Below are positions 13,935-25,758 of a stretch of 64,000 nt of DNA, one piece after another (the first letter of the stretch is position 1; each line of letters starts with the position of its first letter). The notes beneath the pieces are model-generated. The model was not told the DNA's origin, searched no databases, and worked only from the letters and a program-made list of their open reading frames with translations. The position numbers were made by a program, and so were the translations under genes. Source of the DNA: Veleropilina oligotropha (lineage: Eukaryota); assembly GCA_048128005.1 (NCBI GenBank), contig JBEUKZ010000041.1, positions 62,001-126,000 of the forward strand, given 5' to 3'.

Positions 13935-15093
13935 AACGGTAGCCTGTCTAGTAATACTAACGTGAATGTCGGTGTACCACAAGGGTCAATCTTAGGGCCT
14001 TTGCTATTTTTGCTATATATAAATGATATGCCTCTCCACACAAGTCATTCACAAGCTGATATTTTTGCCGATAACACGTCAATACATGCTACGGGTGAGA
14101 CAATTCCCGAAATTGAACGTAAACTAAACGAAGATATGGTCTACATCAATAATTGGTGCCCGAACAACAAAATGTGTGCTAACACTGATAAAACAAAATG
14201 TATGCTCGTAACAACAAATCAGAAGCGATGTTATCTAGCAAAGTCCCAAATAGATGTATCACTCAGCGGAGACAAAATATAACATGTTACTAATCATAAA
14301 GTTCTAGGTGTTGTACTACAAAATGATCTATCATGGGAATTTCACATAGACATGATTGTAAAGAAGATAAAGCCAAAGTTATACCTTTTATCTAGAATTA
14401 AGCACTTTTTACCACTACACGTTAGAAAACAATTTTATATGTCTTTTATTTTACCGCACATTGATTATTGTTTGTCTGTTTGGGGTGCGAGATCTCCCTG
14501 CCAGATTAATAGACTTGAAGGCCTACAAAAGCGAGCTATGCGCTTGATTTTAAATGATTATTCTGAACTGAGCTCGGACGAACTGTACGAAAAAATGAAC
14601 TGGTTCTCGCTATCTTTTAGATTGAAGTATGTTACTGTTTTAACGGTGTATAAATGTTTAAATGGTTTTGCTCCCTCTTATTTGTCTGATATATTCACCT
14701 TTTACCAACCTGGTCGAAATTTTAGATCAAGTACAAAAAGCCTGCTACAAATACCATTCGCCAGAACTGAGCTGTTTAAGCAATCATTTAGAATTTACGG
14801 AGCATCCCTTTTTAATGAACTATCTAGTATTATTCAATCATCCAGTTCTGTCATTGGTTTAAAAAAAAAAGTTGCATGGATTATTACAGAAATTGTTTTT
14901 TAATACTCTTATACTATTTTACTGTTCTGTTTAACTTAAAAATAATTTTACTTTGTTTATAATTTTGCATAATATGTTTTTTATTTTATTCTATGTACCT
15001 TGTAGCCATCCTGTTATTGCATTCGACCCCCATGAAAATAGGCTAGACCTATGTGGTTATCGAAATTAAAGAAAAGATTATTTATTTATCTAT

Positions 15094-15148
<55 letters not shown>

Positions 15149-15149
15149 T
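13935..15149 (+). mobile_element. 5'-truncated L2/CR1-group LINE (RT C-terminal part with a stop at 14280-14282) and (ttta)n tail
   Basis: GVPQGSILGPLLFLLYINDMP, FADN, LQKRAMRLIL; tail ~15078-15149. Confidence 0.9.
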
Positions 15150-15278
15150 ACCGTGATGTATTCAAAATGGTAAACGACAAACTTCAGTAACGCCTACTCA
15201 ACGTTTTCCAAGTGGGAACATTTTGATTGACAGGCGACGCATGACGTCAGCGTTGCATAAAGTTCCATATACCACGTC

Positions 15279-15652
15279 TATGGGGAGCCGTTGAAGCAAT
15301 AATTCAGGGATTCTCGTTAACGACATTAATTCTCGTTAACGATAATTCTAGCCAATCTGAGAGAGGTATTTAATTAATCCCGTTAACGAGAATTCATTAT
15401 CGTTAACGAGAATTCTTTATCGTTAACGAAAATAGGGTGGTGACGTTAATTCTCGACGCGGGAAACGCCACAACTGTATTTTCGTTAACGATAAAGAATT
15501 CTCGTTAACGATAAAGAATTCTCGTTAACGAGAATGAATTCTCGTTAACGGGATTAATTAAATACCTCTCTCAGATTGGCTAGAATTATCGTTAACGAGA
15601 AGTAATGTCGTTAACGAGAATCCCTGAATTATTGCTTCAACGGCTCCCCATA
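15279..15652. mobile_element. Young palindromic MITE, TATGG termini, 6-bp TSD CACGTC
   Basis: Near-perfect arms tatggggagccgttgaagcaataattcaggg / ccctgaattattgcttcaacggctccccata; cacgtc at 15273-15278 and 15653-15658; many tcgttaacga repeats. Confidence 0.9.
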
Positions 15653-15660
15653 CACGTCAG

Positions 15661-17133
15661 GGCCCGTATTCTCGAAAAACTTACGAATTTCGTAAATAAA
15701 ATCGTTAATATCAGTTAAGAAGTTCTTAACTAAGAAATTTCGTAAATTGTTATTCTCCAAAGGGTGCTTACGAAATATATTAGTTAAGAATTTTCGCAGC
15801 TAAGAAGATCTCGCCAGCTTTTTTCTTTAACTGCGCGTGCGCAGATTGCAGAAACAGACGATGTGTGTCAAAATGCACCAGCATGACTTCGGACAAAACT
15901 ACGAGCAAAGATGGGAAAGCCATAAGACTGCACGAAATGTATGGTAATGGTAGCGAACCCTGCTTAACTACCACTTACCCTAATGCCCATGGAATATATA
16001 CCTAATCCTAAACTGAATATATTCCATGGGAATTCGAGTCAGTGGTAGTTAAGCAGGGTTCGCTACCATGACCATAAATTTCGTTCAGTCTTACATGAAG
16101 GAAATCCCCCAAAATGCTGTTCCCACCTTACCCTCCATGCGCGGGGTTGAAAGTCCCGCTGGCGCTCAGCTCTAATATTGTATATTTATATATGTGAGAC
16201 TATATTTGAAATATTATGAATATATATATATTTAATAAAAACTGAAAAAATGCATGTAGGCCTACTGTTTTCTATTGAAAGAAAGCTACAATACCGGCCG
16301 CTCAAATGGGGAACCGGTATCGTGAATTTATCAGCTATATTTATGATTAATCACAATCTAAAGACTTGTGTATCTTTTAATATCCTATTAACGCATAAAT
16401 AACGGTGAGACTTTGTACTCAAATAAGCGTAAATCTACTAAAATAAGCATATGCATGTACATGCGTCTTAAGTGTTATCTCTACAAAGATTAATATTCAT
16501 CGTTTCCATATTAGGACACCTCACATAATATATTATACTCCTATGGGATCGTATTTTGTAAAAATAATTTGTGCGAGTGTATATGTCTTATTTGATAGTG
16601 ATCGTAAAACTCGTATTCAAATTAATTAATGATGGTATAACCACAAATCCATACAAGCCCCAATAGTGAATACACATGACCTATTTCCCTTGAATTTAGC
16701 AAATAACTATCGTCACTTAATTATCGTTGAAATCGTTAATTTACTTATTTAGAAATATTTTTTGAAATATAACACTACGTTGCATTGTCAAATCCTCAAA
16801 CGTCATAATGTCAAACATGACAATATATATTATGTCGAACCTATAATAATTGAATCAAAGTCGGACAATGGCGAAAACGTCTATTTAGCAATATTGCTGC
16901 AATTTGACACCAAAATATCAAGATCGCTGATTTTTCTTAAATTTAAGACATCAAAGTATATAGTGTAACTTGTATCGCAACTTTACGCAAATTTGGTAAC
17001 ATTACGAATGTTCTTATCTTATTACTTTTCGAGAATAGCATTTGTGAGAAATTCGTAACCTTAAGAATTTCTCATCATGACTTACGAAAATTCTTGATTA
17101 ACGAAATACTCAAGTCTTTCGAGAATACGGGCC
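15661..17133. mobile_element. Harbinger-like non-autonomous element, TSD CAG; contains a small palindrome at ~15924-16092
   Basis: TIR ggcccgtattctcgaaa / tttcgagaatacgggcc; cag on both flanks. Confidence 0.85.
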
Positions 17134-18274
17134 CAGGCTGGGGTTTACGGAAAGTTTGTAAAATGACGTCAGCCAATCAGAAGAGAAGATACGCGGCCAA
17201 AGCATGATAATAGGTTTTCTGTAACACTGAAGTAGGTTGCTAAATGCTAGGATAATGATCGTTGTTCGTTGGCTGTACGCTCAGTTCGAATGCCATCATT
17301 AATGTCGCATTGTGTAATAACAAATCAAAGTTGCTTTTTAATGAAAAAGTAATATGAAAAACTAGTCTTTAATTGCACATGAGCTTGAGCAAATTACGAT
17401 CCAATTCTCAGTGCAGAAGTTAAACAAATAGCATGTAAACGTGAAAAATTCATTCGGCACGAAATGTTTATCGTGGAAAAAGTAGGAACACGAATTGTTT
17501 TGAATTTTCGTCAAAAGTTTTTATTGTACGCTTGGATTTCTATTTAAATGGCGATCGAAAACAAATAAGGATTCGCATACAACAGCATGTAATTGCTGTT
17601 CCATACTCTCATCGATTTTATTTTTCTTCTCACTCTCTGTCTTACACGAACGTTATATTGTGTCGTATTCAAATTAGCAATATCACCATAGAAATAATGC
17701 ATTATATATACCATTGACCTCATCGTTCGTTGGTTTAAAAGATACGATTGACCCGCATTGAACGTAAATTACTAACAGTATTGCAAACCAGTGGTTGCTG
17801 AATCGTATTTCCACTCGCAAGTCACAGAGAAACGAGCACTATGCAGCCAGACTTTTTCAGTGGCACGTACCGTAATGTGGATACTGATTTTGCACTATAA
17901 TCAAGCAGTCCTACTAGCATCATTATATTCATGAAATAATGAACATTTTGGAATCCAGATTGTCACATGTAGCTTCCATTCTGTCTCGGAGATACATTTC
18001 CTAACATAATAAAATGTATGTTTAGAACACGTGGTCAGACACAGCATATATTATACACCTCTATCGATTGCTTCTCTGATTTAAAATGATCAATTTCAAG
18101 TTTGCCATGAAGGCGACCCCTTCAACTTCCTGATTTGTTTTCTAGAGACGCCAAATAAAAGCCACATGTTAATGGATGATAATGTTTATTAAAATATAGT
18201 AAATGAAGATAGTTATAAAAGCATTTGTCTTAATTATTTATGAACTGCTTTATCTTGTATTTAAAAAAAAACAG

Positions 18275-18349
18275 AATCAGTTACTCAACCTGTTACGAGG
18301 ACGACTACGACAGAACTCGTCGAGCACACCTCTTCTGTTATCACGACAG
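18275..18349 (+). CDS. Short Thr-rich (mucin-like) exon, phase 1-1
   Basis: acag acceptor, gtagg donor; ESVTQPVTRTTTTELVEHTSSVITT; paralogous to exon 19680-19934. Confidence 0.7.
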
Positions 18350-18500
18350 GTAGGCACTCTGGGCGAAGTTATGCATTTATAAATGCATTATTTTCACAAC
18401 AATTCTATTAGTAAAAGATTTTGCCCAAATAACATGAATCAATTGATCATAGCTTACAGGATATATTCTTTCTTATCTTCTGTTTACCATTGACATATCG

Positions 18501-18875
18501 GGGATGACGACGTGGGTGCTTGCGTCTTCTGCGTCGTATGAGATATCTGGCACTGTGCCTGGTAGCACAATTACGGGGATGACGACGTGGGTGCTTGCGT
18601 CTTCTGCGTCGTATGAGATATCTGGCACTGTGCCTGGTAGCACAATTACGGGGATGACGACGTGGGTACTTGCGTCTTCTGCGTCGTATGAGATATCTGG
18701 CACTGTGCCTGGTAGCACAATTACGGGGACGACGACGTGGGTGCTTGCGTCTTCTGCGTCGTATGAGATATCTGGCACTCTGCCTGGTAGCACAATTACG
18801 GGGACGACGACGTGGGTGCTTGCGTCTTCTGCGTCGTATGAGATATCTGGCACTCTGCCTGATAGCACAATTACG
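18501..18875. repeat. Intronic minisatellite, 5 x 75 bp
   Basis: Unit gggatgacgacgtgggtgcttgcg..gcacaattacg recurs at 18501, 18576, 18651, 18726, 18801. Confidence 0.95.
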
Positions 18876-19679
18876 TTAAACGCTTTGGATTGATTATGTT
18901 TAAATTGGCCTTGTACCAATTAATTTGGTGGTGTTTCGAAATTGGATGATATCACGTCATATTTGGTTTATGATGTTTTGTTATAGCTGGAAACTTTTTC
19001 TGAACAAGATAGATAATTATTTAGCCATGGGTGAAATTTGCTATATTGGATTACCCCTTTTTAATGTTATAATACAACTGCATGCAATTGCTGTTTCATA
19101 CTCCCATCTTTTTAATTGGCAATATCACTATAGCAATAATGTTTTATATACTAATACTACTTATCTCGTCGTTCGTTGGTTTATAAGATAGATTGACCCG
19201 CATCGGACGTGGCGACTTGCTAACAGCATTGTGAAACGGTCTAAGCCGAATCGTATCTCCAATAGCAGGTCACATGTAACTTCACTACTTATAGGCAACT
19301 ACAAGTGGCTTAGTGAACGAGCTTCGGGCAGCCAGGCTTTCTCAGTGGCACATATCGTAATGTGTATACTAATTTTGCGTCATTATATTAATGCATCAAT
19401 GAACCTTTTTGGAATTCACAAGTCGCTTCCATTCTATCCCGGAGGCAACATTCATAACATACCAATTGTAAGTTTAGAACACGTGGTCGATTGCCTATTT
19501 TACTGATTAATAATTTCAGAATTTCCCATGAACGCAACATTTGGCTTCCTGATTCTACCTAAAAAAAACAAATAATCGCCACTTGTTAATTTCGCAAGAT
19601 GTTTATTAAAAAAAAGTCAGTAATACAAGTATTTTCTTAGTTATTATATGAACCCTTTGTCTTGTATTATTTGAAACAG

Positions 19680-19934
19680 AACCAGTTACTGAACCAGTTA
19701 CAGAACCAGTTACTGCACCAGTTACTGAACCAGTTACTGAACCAGTTACAGAACCAGTTACTGAACCAGTTACAAAACCAGTTACAGAACCAGTTACTGA
19801 ACCAGTTACTGAACCAGTTACAGTACCAGTTACAGAACCAGTTACTGAACCAGTTACAGAACCAGTTACTGAACCAGTTACGAGGACGACTACGACAGAT
19901 CCTGTCGAGCACACCACTGCCGTGGTCACGTCAG
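19680..19934 (+). CDS. Mucin-like exon with ~17 EPVT repeats (12-bp unit), phase 1-1
   Basis: aaacag acceptor, gtagg donor, 255 bp open in the EPVT frame ending RTTTTDPVEHTTAVVTS. Confidence 0.75.
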
Positions 19935-21037
19935 GTAGGTACTCTGAATGTAGTTATGCATTTATAAATACATTACTTTCACCTTAATTCTATTAATAAA
20001 AGCCATTGCTGTCGGAGATGACTAGGTGGGATACTTAATTGCGTATTCTGTGTATTTGGAATTGTGTCTGGTATAACAAATACGCAAAACGTTTTGTATG
20101 GATTATGGTGAAATTTTGTGGTGGGATTGGCCTTGTGCCAATGACCAATTCATTAATTTGGTTGTGATCCGAATTTGGATGTGATCACATCATATCTGGT
20201 TTATGACGTTTTTTATTCTAGCTGGAAATTGTTAGTGGTAGAGCTTTCTGAACAAGATAGATAATTGTATATATAGACGTGGGTGAGATTTGGTATGTCG
20301 GATCACACTTTTTTACTGTTATAATGAGATGTCGGAACATTAGACATAACCGAAAAACCTTGCGAGATCACCATATCTCGCACGAGATCTCGCAATATCA
20401 GCATGTCTCGCACAAATTGCCATACAAAGCAGTCTATAAACGTTTATTGATGGTCTCTATGACTTAAAATAATTATTTATGTCTAACTTATTGATATAGG
20501 TTATATATTTGACTTTCCTAGTTTATAAAGACAAAAACAGTGCCACGTCCTGTGGTGTCGTGGGTGATAGCGAGGCTCCCAATGCAACTGCGTCATTGCC
20601 CTGATTATCAGAAGTGGGTTGGGTGCTTTGCTAGATTAACAGGCACAGGTGTCAATACTGTTCGATGGGATCGAGCTAACTGGGCAACCGGGCTTTCCTC
20701 TCGCGATAACATGAACGAGATATGGCTGTGAAGGATGCCGAAGCTTCTGTTTGCATATATTACTGTACTCGGTTATAGTATATCTTACATGTAAAACTGT
20801 AATATTGCAAATGAAAGGTATATTGAACAGAATCTATAGTCTAGGTAGGGTTTTATTCAAATTGGTTCCATATAAGTTTCAGCTGCTTTCACAAGATAAG
20901 ATTTTATATGTCGCAAAATAAGACATTGAGTCAATGGCCATAAGTCATAAAAATATATGTTATGCAACACATGGCATCGGGGACGTAATTATTATCTCAT
21001 TAATATATTTGCATACCTACGCTTATTAATATTGCAG

Positions 21038-21264
21038 GTTGCCTATTTGTGATAAGCGGGACCAATCAAATTCCGGGATCCGGATTACAGTTTAGGATAA
21101 GTTCGGCCAACAAACTCGCCTGTGCCATTAAGTGCACAGAGATTAGTTGTGCCTTGCTGGCCATCGAGCTGGATAACGTATGCACACTATATGACGACAC
21201 GGCGTCGGCAGGACCCTGGATACCGACGCCAGGCGCGGTTGTCTACGTCATCAACGGGAGTTGA
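21038..21264 (+). CDS. Terminal exon encoding a PAN/apple-like domain
   Basis: ttgcag acceptor, phase 1; ACAIKC..SC..VCTLY Cys pattern; TGA stop; aataaa at ~21509. Confidence 0.7.
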
Positions 21265-21837
21265 TTGTGCTCGACTGTTTTTTATCATTTATCATGAGCA
21301 AACCATGTTTTAAGGGGCTACAGCTTGTAATTTACATTAGATTTTCATGGTTTGTGTGACGGATAATACACTGACAGCCCTCGGAGATATCAACATAACG
21401 ATCTTGCTGTCCATCGGGGCATTATGCTTGTTATCTTTGGGGTAGCAGTGTATTATATAATATGCTGTAGGTAGCACCTAGATACGCACGCAGAATAGAT
21501 TATACACAAATAAAATTATGAAATCCGTAACCTGCGCTGTATTCTTTTTGAAACGCGTCTTTTATTCATAACGTCTAGTGTAAGTTGTAAGATGTCACAC
21601 ATCGTTGCTACGCATATTCTCTGACGTCACTTGTTCAAAACTTTGGCAAAGTATGTGCATAGACGATAGTGATGGGTTTATATCAATTTGTCACATTATA
21701 TATTATCATTATTAAACTTCGATGAAGTTTAAAATCGGCCGTTGTCTCGTAATTACTGTAACGTTTAACTGCAGCGTAAATAATCGACTGCATTTATTAC
21801 ATATTATATACTAGTACATCGAAACAGAACGTACACT

Positions 21838-23452
21838 CACAGGTACTCGCCACCGGCAACCCTTGTATACATTCTGAAAAAAATCGATCCGTCCTATACT
21901 ATATAATAGAGAAAGGTATCGCACTAAAAATGACGGCCGTGGGGGTGAGAGTCGTATGCGTGCAGATTTCTGTCTGTAGTCTATAGATAAAGTCAATACA
22001 ATTATGTATATCTACCACCTGTCTCAATTATCCATATTATCAACTATCGCAAGCGTGCACGTTACGAATTTATAAGCGACAATACCAAAAATAACTTCAA
22101 ATGCCATCAATGTAAACACATTAAACCGACCGAAGACCGAACTGTTCATATCAGGGCAAGATTATCATCAATTCATACAGGTACGCATGCGCAGGTCATG
22201 ATCTGTTGATAATATTTCTTGATAATATGGATAATTGAGACAGGTGGGTAGTTAGAGGCCCAATACTAAATTGGATATGCAAGTGGCTAGAAAATAGAAA
22301 ACAGAGGGTTGTAATAAATGGGATAAAGTCAAAGTGGGAACGGTAATAAGTGGAGTCCCACATCATTCTGTTTTGGGACCATTGTTGTTTCTCATATATT
22401 TAAATGATATTGATGACGTCATTACATCTCTAGTAAAAAAATTTGCGGATGATACCAAATTGTACAGAATTATCGAACTGAAGAAGATGCAAAGAAACTT
22501 CAAAGTGACTTAAATAATGTGGTAAAATGGTCTGAGGATTGGGAAATGCTTTGCAACACCAATAAATGTAACGTAATGCATGTGGGTTATAACAACAATA
22601 CCTATAGTTATGAAATGGATTCAGAAACTTTACAAGAAGTGACCAAAGAAAAAGATTTGGGTGTATGGGTAGAAAAGACATTCAAACAATCAAATCAATG
22701 TGCAGAGTGAGCCAAAAAGGAAAATCAAATATTGGGAATGATAAAGAGAAACTTTAATTTTAAATCTAAAGCCATCATAACTCGCCTATACAAGCAAATG
22801 GTTAGACCGCATTTAGAATATGCAGTGCAAGCATGGTGTCCATATCTTGCAAAGGATATCAATATTGTAGAACAAGTTCAAAGAAGAGCCACAAAATTGA
22901 TAGGAGAATTAAGGGAATTGCCATATGAGGATAGACTAAGAGCACTGAACCTCACAACATTATCTTTGAGAAGGTTAAGAGGTGATATGATTAAGGTGTT
23001 CAAAATGTTTACAGGAAAAAACAACGTTCATAATAGTTTCTTTTTTCAGATGAACCAAAGACATACCAGGGGCATCAATACAAGATTTACAAACAGCGAT
23101 TCCGACTAGACGTTAGAAAACACTTTTTCTCAAATCGGGTTGTCGATGAATGAAATGCTTTTCCTAATAATGTAGTGGAATTAACATCTGTAAACCAATT
23201 TAAAAATCGCCTAGATGAGCATTTTAAGAAGCAGGGCGGGTTATCGAGGACAAGACAACTTCAATGGGCTTTTATATGAGTTACAGTAATGTGCTTTCTA
23301 AACCCAAACAAATTATATTTAATCTATTTAATCTAGTCATACATAATTTTAGTGTGCCATTTTTAGTGTGATACCTTTCTCTATTATATAGTATAGGAGG
23401 GATCGATATGTTTCAGAATGTATACAATGGTTGCCGGTGGCGAGTGCCTGTG
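21838..23452. mobile_element. P-element-like non-autonomous element, 7-bp TSD GTACACT, carrying a small MITE (~22012-22250) and a CR1 fragment
   Basis: TIR cacaggtactcgccaccggcaacc / ggttgccggtggcgagtgcctgtg; gtacact at 21831-21837 and 23453-23459. Confidence 0.8.
22260..23335 (+). mobile_element. Degraded 5'-truncated CR1 LINE fragment
   Basis: KFADDTKL, VRPHLEYAVQAWCPYL, VQRRATKLI, RRLRGDMI with stops and frameshifts. Confidence 0.88.
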
Positions 23453-23570
23453 GTACACTCACGAGAACCAGATATCCGACTGAGCCCCCGCGACACAGGC
23501 ATGGCAGCTTTTATAGCGAGCCGATCGCCCACGTGCGTACGTGTGAGTCCTCTATTAACTTACGTGCCCG

Positions 23571-25140
23571 GGCCCCGTTTCACTAAGCGTTCGTAGCGGG
23601 GAGTGACTCGTATGTTTCAACATATAGCACTTTACGAATGGGAAGCGTTTCACTAACCATTCGTTGCAACGAATCAAACGTAACTCCATAACGAGGCTGC
23701 TTCGTAAGTTCAGAGCGTTTCACTAACCACTCGCAGCAACGAATAGCCCACGAGTGACTCGCAAATGATGCGTGTGCCTAATGAAAACATGTAGCTCTCG
23801 TAAGTCATTCGTAACTGCAAATACTTCCCAAAATACGAGAGAACAGACATTTTATCATTGATAATTTGTATTCCATGAACTACTTGAAGTATAAAATAAA
23901 AATTAATAATGAAAATAATGAAAAACATAATTTTATATTACATCATTTAAACTGCTAATTTGGTGTGCCGATTTTAGTATTTTTGCAGTAAAAACTAATC
24001 CTTTCATATTTCATATTACTGCTTTAAGTTAATTTGTATCAGTTATCAAATAAAGTTTAATCAACAAATAATATAATAACTACATTATGTATATACAGAG
24101 TTACAATAATCTTTTTGAAATTTTTAACAAATAATAATTCGGTGGATACATGATTGGGCTTCAGTCCAGTATTTTAGTACAGTCCAGTATTTTAAATGGA
24201 TCAGTTGTTTTCATTGGAAATTAATTCAAACATAACTGGTAATCGATTCATATTACCGCGTAAGTTAATTCATGTCAAAGCAAGCTTTATTAACAACATG
24301 GGTGTAGCAAAGAATTTTAAATGGAGGATCTAAATATACTATTAACAGAAAAAAATTGGGAATTATCTGTGTGAAACCCCTCTTCTGCATTCTGAGAATG
24401 CAAATGCGATATATTTTACAAACATTTATTAAACATTTTCACCATTTTATATGAATTAGATATACTAGTATACTATATAATATGTTATACAACTTTCGTT
24501 TTTGTTCAAAATGAATGGTAGTTTGATCAGCTCTCTCCTGGCTGCGCCCATAAACAAATAATAGCTACATAAGGTATAAAATAAGAGTTAATACTTCTAC
24601 TCTTGTTATAATTATCTTTCAATAAATAATAATACATTCCATTTTTTTATTTTATACGCTTTACATGGACCATATTGTACTAAAATAATATTTAATTGCA
24701 TACGACTTGTAACAAATTATTATTGCAGAAAGTTGAATAAGTAAGTCATTACGTGTCACGAAAATGTTTGTATTATAATTAAATCGGCGATTGAAAATCT
24801 GTAAGACTTTATATAATATGTTATCCGTTGTACATTTCAAATCGATCTATTCTGTTGTAAAGATACTGTCTACTCCTGTCGATTTTCTATTGTCATTTAA
24901 ATTTACTCTCTCGTCGCCGTATTTAAACAATGAAATTCACCATAGCAAGAAGGCAATACATGACATTGATCTCGCAGTCCATTGGTTAAAACGTTGCGAT
25001 TGACCCGACTCTTGTGTCAATTGCTGGCGACTTACGAGGGGCTTAGTGAAACGGTCCGTTCCCATTCGTATCTCAACTCGTAGGTCACACGCAACTCCAC
25101 TACGTATTCGTTGCTACGAGTAGCTTAGTGAAACGGGACC
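23571..25140. mobile_element. Harbinger-like non-autonomous element
   Basis: TIR ggccccgtttcactaag / cttagtgaaacgggacc; flanks ccg / ctg; repeated cgtttcactaa subterminal motifs. Confidence 0.75.
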
Positions 25141-25758
25141 CTGATCAATTGAGTCACAGTGATTGACAGAAAGGTCAGAATGCGTCATACGGAGGCCTGG
25201 AAATCCCCAAATGTCCAAATATGGGCAGGTGTCTTAAAATAGGGCAATTCTTGTAGATGTCCGATTCGACTATACATACCGTGTAATACAAAAGTAATGA
25301 AATACAAGTATGTTATTCTCAAAATGCCACATAACCCTCTTCTTTCAAATTAATGCGTCCCGCATTTAACAAATACATACAAGCAATTAAAACACAGGTG
25401 TGATGTCATCCATTGTTCTATTTGTACTGTATCCGAGAGTTTTCAGAGACTTGTTATGTAACTGTCTAATAAGTTACCCGTAGCTGGTATATATGTGATT
25501 CAATTATTGGACAGTCACATAATATTATAAACCAGCTACATGTAGCTCATTGGACAGTTACAGGTGAAGTATCTGAAAAATCAAGGATAAAGAACAATAA
25601 ACATAAATAATCAATTTTATAAGAAACAACATAATGAACAGCTTGAATCCAATTTATTCAAACAACAATAATTAATTAAGCAAATGCAAAATTGGTTTGG
25701 ATGTGATAAAACATACACATATATATGGTCAAAAAACCACTGCAACATTTCATTGCGC

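Larger units (their letters stand above)
13726..17210 (+). mobile_element. Non-autonomous Crypton-like hairpin element split by three younger insertions
   Basis: Starts TAAGTT, then hairpin ggtaaacacg..ggcgcaagcc..cgtgtttacc; ends gacgtcagccaatcaga..catgataa; tgataata occurs at both boundaries. Confidence 0.45.
21757..25276 (-). mobile_element. Solo LTR (~325 bp when reassembled) split by two insertions; same family as the LTR at 48470
   Basis: Segments 21757-21837, 23460-23570 and 25144 onward are colinear with 48470-48701; TGT start; right end approximate (tataca). Confidence 0.7.

Noticed and set aside
18473..18919. 25-aa repeat ORFs on both strands; superficially CRISPR-like array
   Set aside because: Head-to-tail 75-bp minisatellite with no unique spacers, no cas genes and no clear splice sites; eukaryotic intron
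19606..19967. VTGS, NQLL and NWFS repeat ORFs
   Set aside because: Alternative frames of the 12-bp repeat; only the EPVT frame fits the splice phases
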